Positions 38,201 through 52,200 of a DNA stretch of 64,000 bases are shown here, piece after piece; position 1 is the first letter of the stretch, and each line of letters opens with the position of its first letter. Source of the DNA: Cenococcum geophilum. Its lineage: Eukaryota. Position numbers and translations under genes: made by a program. The stretch is from positions 3,906,001-3,970,000 of the forward strand of contig CP158636.1 of assembly GCA_050273025.1 (NCBI GenBank). Reading direction: 5' to 3'. The notes under the pieces were generated by a model. It had not been told where the DNA came from. It was given only the letters and a program-made list of their open reading frames with translations, and did not search any database.

Positions 38201-41200
38201 CACGACAGAGGTTTAAACTTAAAGATGAAGATAAGTTAAGGGTTGACCTAAAGCACCTAGTATATTATACACTATTATGGATTATATACGTGGACGATAT
38301 ATACGAAATATATAAGAATCTAAAGGAAAAGAATTAGAAATACCCTATAAGGATATACTAGATAACAGACAAGCAATAGTATAGGAATGCTAAATATATA
38401 TATAGATGGCATCCAGCAGAGGTTTAAGAGGAAGGAAGCTTAGTACTTTAACTAGGAAGATTCTTTACGGAAGAATACTTAGACGGATAATAGTAGTGGG
38501 AATGCCTAGAGAATACGTATTTATGGTATATTAAAGATAAAAAGCGAACTAAGTATTGGCTAAAGAGTAAGCTAAGTATATAAGGATTAAGCAGCTAATA
38601 GTTAAGAAAAGTAGAGGCCTACGGAACCAGAGGGAGCTAGTAGTAGAGCCTTAGACCCTTAAAGGAATTTAAGGACAACACCTAAATTTACGAGTTAAAT
38701 AGTAAGATCGGCAGTTTAAAGTGCTAATAGATAGTAGAGTAACGAGAAACTATATTTTACTAGTAGTAGTTAAGAGAATAGGACTACCTTATAGATAGAA
38801 GGAGTAATCTTACCTATTAGTTACAATTTTAGGAGATCCAATAGCCTATAGAGGAGGGATTATTAATTTTAAAATAGGACCTATTTAGATAACTATCAAA
38901 GGAAGACAAATCGAGATATCTTTTAATATCCTACTATTAGGACGGGACGAGGCAGTATTAGGTATGCCTTAGTTACAGAAATACAATCTAAGGATTAATT
39001 AGATTACAGGTCAAGTTAATATTAAGGATACTTAATGCCGTAAGCAGCGATAATAAGCTAAGTTGGTATAGTACTAAGTTAGAGTAACTTATAAAGAAAC
39101 TAAGCAAGGCTTAAGTTATATACTAAAGAGATACTATAAGTATGGTAAGAAACTATAGTTACTAGAAAGTAAAAAGCTGTTAGAATATATAGTATAGGAC
39201 TATAAGATAGAATTAAAACCAGGAATAAGTCTAAGGTTTTTTCTAATTTATAAGCTTACTAAAGAAGAAGGTAGAGTATTAAAAGAGTTTATCTAGGAAA
39301 ACCTATAAAAAGGATATATTAGACCATTGTAGTTATTAGCGGGATATCTAGTATTGTTTATACTAAAGAAGAATAGCAAACTAAGGCTGTGTATTAACTA
39401 TAGATAGTTAAACAGCATTACCAGAAAGGATAGGTATCCTTTACCCTTAATTACCGAAATCTAAGATAGGATAGGTAATGCGTAAATCTTTACGAAGATA
39501 GATCTAAGATGGGCGTACTATTAGATTAGAATTAAGGAAGGTAATAAATAGAAGGCAGCCTTTAGGTCAAAGGAAGGACTATATAAACTATTAGTTATAC
39601 AATTTAGGCTTATAAACGCATTAGCAACATTCTAGAAGCGTATTAATAATATATTAGGAGAATACTTGGATAAATTTATTATGGTATACCTTGACGATAT
39701 TATTATCTACTTAATAACTAAGGAAGAATATAGAGAACACGTTAAATGGGTCTTAAAGAGACTATAAGAAGAATAGATGCTAGTAGCAATTAAGAAATGC
39801 GAGTTCTTTACTAGGAAGACCGATTTTATTAGATTTATTATTAAACTAGGCCAACTTAATATAGATCTAAAGAAGATTAAGGCTATAGTAAATTGGCAGG
39901 AACTAGAGAACGTTATACAGTTAAGATTGTTTTTAGGGTTTTGCAATTACTATAGAAGGTTTATAGCATAATAGTTAAAGGACATTAAACCATTTACGCG
40001 GTTAATAAAGAAAGAAGAACTATAGGCATAGGGAGAGGAATAGAGAGAACTCTTTAAGAAAGTTAAAGAGTTGTTTACCTAAGAGCTAGTTCTTAAGATC
40101 TATTAACTAGGACTAGAGACGGTTGTAAAAATAGATATATTAGACTATATACTAGGGGCGTGCTTTATATAAAAACATTAAGATAGATGGCACCTAGTAG
40201 TATACTATAGTTGAAAGATAACACTATTAGAGTTAAACTATAACATCTATAATAAGGAGTTATTAGGTATAGTTACAGCATTAAAGGAATAAAGAGCATT
40301 CTTGCAAGGTATAGAAAAATTATTTATGGTTAAGACGGATTATAAGAACCTAATAGGATTCCTAACAATAAAGGAACTTAACTAAAAATAGGTTAGATGG
40401 GCGGAGATGCTTATAGAATACTATTTTAAGATTTAGTATACTAAGGGTATAGATAACACGCAAGCAGATGCTCTAAGTTATAAGGCTAAATTATAGAATG
40501 ATGAAAAGCTATTAGGGGCTTTACTGCGAAAAGATATAGACGGATTGATTAGGTACAATTATCCAAAAATTATAGCAACTTAAGAAGAACTAGATAGGGT
40601 TTATAAGATACTAAAAAGCTTTTAGGTATAGAGAATTCCAGAGGCATAACTAGAAGATCTATAAACGGAAATATATAAGAATTAAGAAGTAAAGTATATC
40701 CTAAAAAGTATAGCAGAGTAGTTTGTAGAGGACTTCTATAAGGGAATAACTTAAGGACATAATAGAGCTATAGGCTTAGTATTAAGACTCTAGGAGGAGT
40801 ACATTATTAATAGAATCTAGAGAATAGCTAAAAGGGTTACTAGAGAGTGTTTAGATTACTAAAGGAATAAACTAATAAGGCATAAGCTATATAGAGGGCT
40901 ATAACCTGTTAAAACACTAGAGAGACTATAGGAGGTCATATTATAGGACTTTATCGTTAAGTTGCTAAAGTTAAGAGATCCTATTACCGGACGAGATTAT
41001 AACGCGATCTTAGTAATAGTAGATAAGCTTATAAAGTAGGGATACTTTATAGCATATACGGAAGAAATCTTAGTGGAAGATATTGCTAGAATCTATATTA
41101 AGGAAGTGTTTATAAGATATAAAGCACTAAGTAAGATTATATCGAATAGAGATCTAAGATTTATAGTAGCATTTTGGGAGGTATTTTTAGTGGAGTAAGG

Positions 41201-43154
41201 AGTTTAAGCAGTAACTTTTACCGCATATTATCCGCAGACAGACGGTTAAACGGAAAGATTAAATTAGACACTAGAGCAGTATCTAAGGCATTATATTAAT
41301 TATATATAGAATAATTGGGTATCGCTATTACTAGTTATATAATTTACATATAATATAACACCTTAAGAAGGAATAGGCATATTATTATTTAAGGTAAATT
41401 ACGGATATAAGCCAAGAATATTGTTATTACTACGATAAGTAAAGAAGACGAGTAGCATAGCTAAAGAAAGGATAAAGATGTTAATAAATCTTTATATAGA
41501 CCTTATAGAATTAGTAAAGAAGGTATAAGAGAGAATAAAAAGGTACTATAACGCTAAGAGATCTAAGGGACTAGATCTTAAGGAGGGAGATAAAGTATGG
41601 CTACTATACAAAAATTTTAAAAGTTAACGACTAAGTAAGAAGTTGGACTACGTTAGACTAGGACCTTTTAAAATTATATAAAGGATTTTATTAGTTACAT
41701 TTAAGTTAAACCTACTAGCTAAAATGAAGATTTACCCTATATAGTATATTGTAATGCTAGAGCCAGTATATGGGAATGTTAAGCTATTAATCTATAAAGT
41801 AGATATGTATAGAGGATAGGAAAAAGACAAATGGTAAGTTTTAAAGATCATTAGTTATAAGGATATTGACGATAAAATATAGTATAAGGTTAAGTGGATA
41901 GGCTATACTAAGACTACCTAGGAGCTACTAGAGAATTTAAAGAATGTTATAGGAAAGGTATAGGAGTATTAGAAGAGATTAGGTTAGGTAGTATTAAAAA
42001 AGAAGAATCGCTAAAGAACGAGTTACCTAAGGGGGACCTAGGAAGAGTAGTTGCCGAACTACTTAGATTTATTTCCTTTTCTGTTAGAAGAGAATCTATT
42101 CTTTTATTACTAAGTTCCTATAAACCTTATTTTATAAGTTTTTACTCTTTAAAACGCACCTTCTTACAGACCTTCTTAAGACGGATTAACCGAGCAGACG
42201 CCGTAAGATAAGACTTAAGAGCCCGTTGCTAAGTATTGGTAGCCTCCCGTTCTACGTTATAAGAATAGCGTAGTTCCGCTAGAGTAATAGACAGTTTATT
42301 ATCTAGCTGTGTAGTAATAGATTAAATACAAGACCCTAAAACAAATTAATTAGGGAACTAGACGACTATTAAGAGTAATAAGTCGCGTATATTCGGCATT
42401 AGAGACGGAGCGAACGTTATAGGATAAATAAATATTTGCTTTAGTGCACTCTAAATAAAAGGACGGTTGTTACGAAGATGGGTTCGCTAGTGTAATATAA
42501 ACTAACCCCTCTTTTAAACAGCGAGAATATAGAGACGGTATAATCTTACTAAAGAGATAATATCGCGGCTATAGTGCGAATACAACAAGCAGTTAAAGAA
42601 GAAGAAATTGCTTTAGGTATAATGAGCAACGATATTAACTAAATTAATTAGACGGACATTATACCTCTAGTAAACAATTTAGAGATGTTTTGAATCTTTA
42701 AGGATAAAGATAAAAAGGAGGGAGATAGTATTACGGACGCTTTAAATACAATGTTATAACTACTTAGAGAGGAGACGGAAGAAGCTAGTTGGTTAATTTA
42801 GGTATGGTTTAGGATGGAGCCAATAGAACTATATAACGAGGAATAGTAGCTAAGGTTATATAGGGTAATTTATATAATCTATAGGATCTGCGTAATCCGT
42901 AACAGAGTAGATAGAGCACACGTATATTACGTATAAGAAGGATTTTATAGGAGTACGGTTGTGTATTTAAGGACCCTTAGTCCCTACCTAGATAGTTCCT
43001 TCCTTATAGTAATTCTTAGAATATAATTAGAGTTAATCTATTAGGCAACCACTCTACCAGTTATTATTACGTTGTTAACTTTTATACTTGCATTTCCTAC
43101 ACACCTAGCCTAATAACGAGCCTATTGTAGTTCTTGCTATAAGGTTCCGTTATA
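35214..43154 (+). mobile_element. Ty3/Gypsy LTR retrotransposon (Gypsy-1), RIP-decayed
   Basis: 426-bp LTRs 35214-35639 and 42729-43154; TSD cctat; gag, protease, RT (VYLDDIIIY about 39685), RNase H, integrase, chromodomain (about 41.8-42.0 kb); PPT before 42729. Confidence 0.94.
42095..42620 (-). pseudogene. Antisense accessory gene of Gypsy-1: Zn2Cys6-like motif + coiled coil, one intron
   Basis: Reads YSRCLKEGLVYITLANPSS*QPSFYLECTKANIYLSY; reverting TAT to TGT gives C-x2-C-x6-C-x13-C-x2-C-x8-C. Putative intron 42390-42336 (RIP-mutated donor atacgc, ctaat branch site, ttttag acceptor). One apparent 1-nt frameshift near 42551. Confidence 0.65.
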
Positions 43155-43256
43155 CCTATTATACGTAAATAGGGTTACCCCTAGTTGCTCCTTTATTAAC
43201 TAGAAAAGAGTATTGCTTAAAGCCACTTAACTAAGTTAGAATTACGCTAACTATAC

Positions 43257-46200
43257 TATTACGGCACTGACCTAACGCATACTGTTTTATACTATCTCGT
43301 ACTATTTCCTACTATTAGCTAGCCCACTACTAGCGACTTAGTGACCGGCCCTACTATTTATATATAATACCCCCTTTCCACCTTCTTCCCCTCTTTATAC
43401 TATAACGTAGTTATTCAATCTACTTTATTATAGCACTGTAACAGTTTGTGGTATCTTTAATTTGCGCCCTATTGCAATTACCAATTCCTTATACCCTAGC
43501 TAATTAACCTCTACCCTAGAGCAATTGCGACCTACGCACGCCTCTACTAAAACCGATACGTCCCTAGTATAATCCTAGAATAATCCTTAGTTTTTACCTA
43601 GCGCCTAAATAGGCGACACTAATAATGCTAAAATGGCTAAAACCTAGAACCTCTGTAATGCTTTTACAGACCTCTTTATAGAGATATACCCTAATATCGC
43701 ATAGATAATTTACTGCTCCCTACTATACCCTAAAACCTTTAAGCCTAGCAAAGCTTACCTTACCCTTATTAACTATACTAACAAGTTCCTTAATAATATT
43801 AAAGTAGGACTATAGTGTATATATAACATAAACACCGCTAATAAGAAAGCTAATAAAAACCTTAGTGCCCTTATCGCTTCCTAGATAGGAACTATTAACT
43901 CCTAGGTAAAGACTATTACCGTTCTAAAATAATTAACCCCTATAATAACGGTAGTAACCTAGCAGAAAAAACAGAGATCTAAAGACCCGCTAATATTTAG
44001 CGGAAAAGGCACCCCGCTAAAACGATAAGCTAATTTTAAAACCTAGTACATTAAGATTAAGGGAGTCTTTAACCGGGACTGGGACTATTTTAACATAGTT
44101 TAGTCCTAGATCCTTTATATCTTGGACATACTAAAGAATAAGGCCTATAAGTTTATTAAATAGGGCCTAGAGCTTATATATAAGAACCTAAACAATATAT
44201 CTACGTAAAAATGGCCTACTAAGGAAGATATGCTTAAAGACCTTACTGCTTACTATAAGGTCCTTAATATAACCCAAGTCGCAAAAAATAAGCTTAACCA
44301 TTTCCCCTAGGGTAAGCGTAATTACTGGTCCTGGAAGGGAGAGCTTAATAAGCTAATAGTCCGCGCTAAGAAGACAGATAAATAGAAGGTAGACCTACTC
44401 TAAAAGTTTATCTCTCTAAAGATGGAAGAGCTGGTACTTAGACTTGCCTATAAAATTAATAACAGCGACTATATAGGCTAGAGTAAGTAGATAGATATAT
44501 TCGCTAAAAACCTTACAAACTATGCACACTAAGTGTAACGGCGCTGGGGCACCGCCCCATGCGACGTCTACATGCAGCCTAGTTAGGGGCTCGCTTGGAG
44601 ACTTGGCTCGTGTATATAGACGTATTCTTTCCTTAACCTTCTTCTGCTCCTTAGCTTAGTATCTTTATAATATAGCATTCTACAAGCTTCGGTTTAGAGG
44701 CATTTATACGAGCCGTAACATTATACTAAGCTTACCCACCTGGGGGGGACTTTATTTATTTGGAGCTCCCTCTTTACCTCGCCTGGGAAGGCCTGGATAA
44801 TCTCCCACCCCCGTTCCGCGTGTTCTAAGGGGACACGCGTTAAATACCCCTAGCTACGCGTCGTCAACGTGTCGAGTCGCTATTATTGATACTAGGAGCC
44901 GGTATTTAAGCAGCTAAAAGGTCTCCTATAGATAAAGACGACTGCCTGGGAAGGTAAGAATATCTTACCCCCCTGACCTTTTCGACTAATACAAAGTTGT
45001 ACGAGCTATAGAGATGACCTTGGTTAAGACTTAGCCTAATACTGCGGAGAATAATATAGTAATCCTATCACTAAGCCCAGCATTAATCCCGTAGTGTTGG
45101 CTAAGACAAGCCGAGACATAACCCAAGCCGTGCTATTAGGCGGTAGGTGTATATTATCCGCGAAGTTCTCTAGTATACATTAGGTTTGGGCCAACGGCTA
45201 AAATAAGCTAACTTATAACCCACGCCGTACTATTAAGCGGTAGGTATATATTGTTTACGAAGTCCTCTAGAACAAATCCTACCTATATCCTTTAGCACAG
45301 ACTACGCTGTAATAACTACCCTAATTAATACTAAGCTGTATAAGGAGAGACGAAATTAATTAGGAAGGACTTGCTAGCACCGTACTACTACCCTAAAACT
45401 TTAAACCCGATAACCTGTCGCGCCGATATACCTATAACACGACTCTCTGACTTATCTATAAACGCCCTTATAGATACCCGTTAAGTTCTTATTAATAACT
45501 ACCATATGTAATTAACCCGAACCTTACTATTAACCTAGGTAGTCCCTCGATTTTACAGCCGAATATATCTATATTCTACGTATAGGGGTACTAGGAACCT
45601 AGGGGAGAATTTAAGTAATTTATAGTACTCTTAATTAGGAGAACAGATTAGGAGAATTATTCCGATTTATAGTACTCTCTAACAGCTCTATAGATGAGCC
45701 TATTTATCTCTATAACCTCTTACAAACTATTAACGTGTTTCTCTTAATAGCCTTTTATATAACCTTTTATGAATAAGATAGCCTACCGTTATAAAAGTAT
45801 GTCTTACTAATTGTTGACAAGAATTAAAATATTAACACGTACGCCTTAGTATATACGCTCTTAATACCATTTATTAACTACCCTCAAACTACCTACTACT
45901 TAACGGCAGTCCTCCTTAAACGATAATATGCGAATCTACTCTCTAATAGTATCTCGTCGAATTAAATGCTATATAATAGCTTACCCTTATACAACTATAC
46001 TTGAATATTAAAGCGCACTCTTTCTTTAATACCTTTAACCCTCTAATAAGAATCGAAATATTAACACGTACCCTCTTAATACCTCTTTCAATACCTCTAA
46101 TAACGATTTAATATACTAAGTCATAACAGCATTCCTATAAGTTCTTAATTAATCCTAGATATCTGCTACTTACAGCGATATCCTTAATTAAATCTAAGTA

Positions 46201-49200
46201 TTTAAATACGCCTGTTGACTCTATAGCGTACCTTCGAATAACTAATAACGTCTTAAACTACCTACCAATTAATAGTAGACCTCGAGAAACTGACAGACGG
46301 ATTATGCCATTACGCCTACGATCCGAATGCGATTCGAATGCGACCTAAACGCGATTTAAATACGAACCCGACCGACCGTCGTGCCGATATACCTATGACA
46401 CGAACTATGACTTTAACAACGACCGTATAAGTTCGTTGACGATTAACTGCCTCCCTAATCGATTTAATTGTCTTCTTCTTTACCTACGGTAATCCTTTTT
46501 AACTAACACTAAGCTACGCATACTAAGGAACGACTATAGTTAATACTAAGTTATATAAGCTTTACCTTAAGCATTTATACACTCTAATAACGAGGTTAAT
46601 ACTAAGCTGTATAAGCTTCAATAACGAAATTAATTTGGATAAACTAGATAATAATTGCGCTATTACGCCTGTAATCTAAATGCGATTTAAACGCGATTTA
46701 AATGCAAACTAATTAACTAATTGTGCCGTTATACCTGCGATTAATTGACCAATAATAGCGCTAATACGCCTACTATCTACTATCGGACGCTAGCACCGTA
46801 CTACTATTAAATAGATAAGAGCTCGTGCTAATATGTATATAAGCTATATTTCTTTTTTCTATGGCTCGGGGCGCGCTATATTAAAGGAGGGGGTAGTAGA
46901 GCTAAGGAGGTACTAAAGTTCTAAGAGGAATAATAACCACGGAGGGCTCCTAGCGATATACACCCCTCGTAGCAGCAGGACGGCTGCATGCCCTACGCCA
47001 ACCTGATAATAACTGTGCCTCTACGCCTACAGTCTAACGACTAAACGATCGCGCTAATACGCCCGTAATCTATGAACGAGATAATCATGCCGATATAACT
47101 GCTATCGCGTACTACTACGACAACAATCGCGCCGTTACGCCTGCAATCTATTAACCAACAATTATGCCACTACGCCTACGATCTATTAACTAGCTAATAA
47201 ACCAAGCTCCAAATATTCGACTAACTATTACTACTTAACGCTTATACCGTACTACTATTACAATAAACCACCTACTGCTCTACCTGTAGTAACCCAATTA
47301 ACCTTTTGCTACTCTACCTATAGCATTACTATTAACACCTACTGCTCTGCCTGCAGCTAACTAACACCTTGCTGCCTTGCTTATAGTACTATAATTAACT
47401 CTAGCTGCTTTGCCTGCAGCTAATACTAATTTAACCTCCGCTGCTCCGCCTACGGCGAACTATCTTCTACTGCCTTGCTTGCAGCACTATAATAAACTAT
47501 TACTGCTCTGCCTGTAGTCTACAACCGACTTTTACTGCCCCGCCTATAGTAACAACTGTATATAAGGGAGAGCTTTGCCCCTTGGAATACGACCCCACCG
47601 CTAGCACCGTACTACTACCCGAATTAATAAGCTTCGCGCTGATACGCCTATAGAACTATAACCTATTAATAGACGAGCTTTATACTCGACCTACTATTAC
47701 TACCTAATGCTGGCACCGTACTGCCATAAGAACTGATACCTCGCTGCTCTACCTACAGCTAACTAATTAAATAATTGCGCTAATACGCCTGCGATCCGAA
47801 TGCGATTTAAATATAACCCGAATATAATTCGAATATATACCCGACCAACTAATTATGCCGATATGCCTGCGATCTACTAGCTAACTAATAAATTAAGCTT
47901 TAAATATTTAACCTACTATTACTACCTAACGCTGGTACTGTACTACTACCTAACTAGATAATACCTTGCTGCTCTACCTGCAGCTAACTAACTAGATAAC
48001 GATAGCGCTAATACGCCTGCTATTACGACCTAATAATAACTATGCTACTACGCCTATAGTCTAACCGATAGACCAATTGTGCTGTTACGCCTACGATCCG
48101 CCTGCGACCTGAATGCGATTTAAATAATACCTAAACGTAATTCGAATACAAACCCGACCAAATAATAGCGCTGATATGCCTGCTATTATAATAGACCCTT
48201 ACTGCTCTACCTATAGCTAATTAACCCTTATTGCTTTATTAGTAGCTAGCTAACCCTTACTACTCTGCCTATAGCCAACCGACTTTTACTACTCCGCCTA
48301 CGGTAATACCTGTATATAAGGTAGAGCTTTACTTCCTAAAATATGGCCTGTCGCTAGTACCATATTGCTATAATTCTAATAAGTTACCGCGCTAATACGC
48401 CTGCGAACCACCACTAATAAGATACCGTGCTAATATACTTGCGGAACTATACCCTAATAACCCGTCGCGCTAATATGCCTGCAACCTAAATATAACTAGG
48501 TAGAGCTTTGCTCCCTAGAATATAACCCTATTACTAGCATTATACTGCTACCTAAATAACCCGTTACTAGTACTGTACTGCTACTAAATAGATAAGAACT
48601 CGTGCTAATATGCATATAAGTAACTCCCTAACCCTCCTACCCTTATTAAATCTTTACGCCTACTTTTCTAAGAGGGGGACTAGGGGGGCTTTTTTTATGG
48701 CTTAGGGCGCGCTATAATAAAAGGGGGGAGAGTATAGCTAGGAGGTACCGGAGTTCTAAGAGGAGGGAGAAGGAATGATAACTAATAGAGGGCTCCTAGC
48801 AATAGACCCCTCGCTATAGCAGGAGCTACAGGACGGCTGCCTACCCTATATTAACTAGGTATAGTAATATACCTCACAGCAGCAGGAGCTGTAGGACTGC
48901 TGTAAGTCCTATATTAACTAGCATCGCGATTAAGCGCCAAATATAAAAAAAAATTTCTTTTCTCTTTCTTCTCTATAAGGGGCTAAAGCCTAAGGGCAGG
49001 CTTTTTTGGAAGAGGGGGGTAATGTAACGGCGCTGGGGCACCGCCTTATGCGACGTTTATATGCAGCCTAGTTAGGGGCTCGCTTAGAGACTTGGCTCGT
49101 GTATATAGACGTATTTTTTTCTCGACCTTCTTCTGCTCCTTAGCTTAGTATCTTCGTAATACAGTATTCTACAAGCTTTGGTTTAGAGGCATTTGTATAA

Positions 49201-52200
49201 GCCGTAACACTAAGCTAATCTTAAGAAAAACACTAACTACTATCTACCTGCCTAAGCCCCTGCCCCTATATTAACCCTAACCCTAGTAGTAACTAGAGAA
49301 CCTATAGACCTTAATAGAATCTTAGATATAGAGCGTAAGTGCCGCGTTAATAATAGACTATGCCTTACCTATAGCCTGCCCGGCCACTAAAAGGATACCT
49401 ATAACCCTACTAAGATAGTAAACCTAGTTCTAATGCTACCCTATTAAATAACGCAAACTAATAACCGCGGACGCGGCGACTGTAGAGTCTATTATAGACG
49501 CGGCGACTATAAAGCCTATTATAGCCGCGGCGGACGACCCCCCCCCCTTTAACCCTATAGCTTAGTTACTCTAAACTATGCCCTATATAGGAGCCTAACC
49601 CGTTAATAACACCTAGTATTAGTAACTTCGCGCTAGCGAATATAAACACGGCCACGTTGTTAGTAAGGTATTATTTTCCTATACCCCAACTAAAACTAAG
49701 ACTAACACCGCCAGCTAAATAGACACTGGACCGCCCCGCTAAGATAGCCCTATACCCTAGTTATTAAAAGGTAAACCCTTAGACTAAGTTACGTCTAAGG
49801 GTTTAAACTATATAAGGAGGAAGATAAAAAGATTAGGTCCCTATTACTAGATTAATTAGTCCTTTCTATTAGTAAACTACTACTTAATCTTAGATTAGCA
49901 AATAGTAATAAGAAATTAATCCTTATTTAAACCTAACTCTCCTTATTACGTAACCTATACCCCTAAGTTTATATTAATACAATAAGCCTAGTGGACTCTA
50001 GTAGTACTATAATAGCATTTGCCGATATAGAGTCTATTATAAGAAAGTATAACGTTATAACTAAGAAGCTGCTAGCACCTAGGCCACTGCGCCTTGCAGA
50101 TAGTATCCTAACTTCGCTTATTATAGACTACTTCACTGCCTAAATATTAATCGGCCTCTATACTAAAGCTATACTCTTTTTTATTACAAAACTCTCGCCT
50201 ACTACCCTAATTATCCTAGGTATACCCTAGCTTTAGAAGCATAAGCCCCGCCCTAGCTTTAGAAAACTTAAGATCCGCTTTAATTTAGACTACTACTCTA
50301 GGCACTACCTTCCGTAGGGGATAACCAATGTTAGTAGAGACGCCCTATGTAGATACTTAGCACTACTAAGCCTAGTGCCTAGGACTATATATAAAGCCCT
50401 AATAGTAGAAGACGTTCCTAATAAAGGGGAGCTTATATAGCTGCAAAGAAACAAGATAGTAAAAGACTGGACTACTTTAGCACTTAAGACTAAAATAATG
50501 GGCTAGCTAGCCCTACTAAGACTAAGAAAGAAGGTCTGCTTTACGCCGCTACTACTAAGAATCTAACCCCAACCTAGGCACTATCTAAACCCTAGCCGCC
50601 TAGCCTAATACCTAGAACTAAGCTATATACCATATACGCATACTATAGCTCGCGTTATAGTAAGGATTGGCTATAGAACTACTAAGACCCAGATAATAGA
50701 AACCGCGCCACTGTAACGCCTAACCTTATACCTATCTCCCGCGCGTACTATATAGGGCCACCGCCTTATTTCCGCCCCCTTAGGCCAACTAAGCTATACT
50801 AGCCTAGCCGTAGCACTAGAGAACTAGATACGCCCCAACCTAGACGATATTAAATACACTTATGCTATTAATTTCACTCAGTTCTATAAATAAAAAGACG
50901 TAAAGGTAATAAGGATTTATATAGTAGAGCTAGTAGAACTGGTTAAACAAGATAAATACTAACAGCTACTTAAAGAGCTGCCTATAGGCCTAATAGAAGT
51001 ACTAAACCTATTAAAAAGGTCTTTCTGCCAGCTGGTGGAAGGCGACTATACAATAAAGGAAGCCCGTAAAGTGCTCCCCCCCTATTTCTATAACTTCCTT
51101 AAGATAAATCTAAAAACTAAACCCGAGCTTTTACGTTAGAAGATAGTCGACACTAATATTAAAAAATTCCTAAAAGGCAAACTAGGATTAACCCGCGAAG
51201 ACATTCTATAATGCCTACTAAAGGAGTTTAGTAAACATATTAAGCACTTCCTCCCTAAAAACGTAGATAAGCTGCCCCCTTACTAACTATAGGACTATAA
51301 AATTAAGATCACCCCCGGAAACTAGGCCCCGTACTATAAAAATAGACTACTTTTACCTACTAAACTTAGGTATATAAAGAAGTGGATTAATAAGATGCTA
51401 GATAAGGGTTTTATCCGCGAATTAACCTTACTAGCTACCGCACTACTCCTCCTCGCTGCTAAGCCTAGCGGCGGTATGTAAATCTACTATAACTACTAAG
51501 GCCTAAACACAGTTACTATTAAGAATTAATACCCACTGCCACTAATCCGCGAGACACTTGACGCACTCTATAGTGCTAAATACTTTACTAAACTTAATAT
51601 AATTGCTGCGTTTAACCAGATCTGGATTACGGAGGGCTATAAATAGCTTATAGCATTTATTACCTGGTTCGGACTCTATAAAATACTAGTTATACCATTC
51701 GGCCTCTATAACGCACCCGCTACATTCTAAAACTATATTAACTATATTCTATATAACGCCCTTAACGACTACTACACTACCTACCTTAATAACGTCCTTA
51801 TCTTTTCTAAAACACGCGCTAAGTATACTAAGTATATAAATAAAGTCATCCAAAGACTTAGCAATGCTAGACTTTAAATTAATATTAATAAGTCTAAGTT
51901 TTACTCTACTAAAACAAAATACCTCGGCTTAGTTATCTTAACTAATGGCATAACTATAGACCCTAAAAAGGTACAGGCCTTATAGGAATAGAAGGACCCA
52001 ACATTAATTAAAGAACTATAACAATTTCTCGGCTTCGCGAACTTCTACTAATAATTTATCTAAGGCTACTCTGCTATTGCTACACCTATAATAAAACTCC
52101 TAAAGAAGGATATCGGATGGCTATAGGAACTAGAATAAGCTAAATCGTTTAAGGCCCTTAAGGGAGCCTTTACTTCAGCACTAGTACTAGCATACTATAA

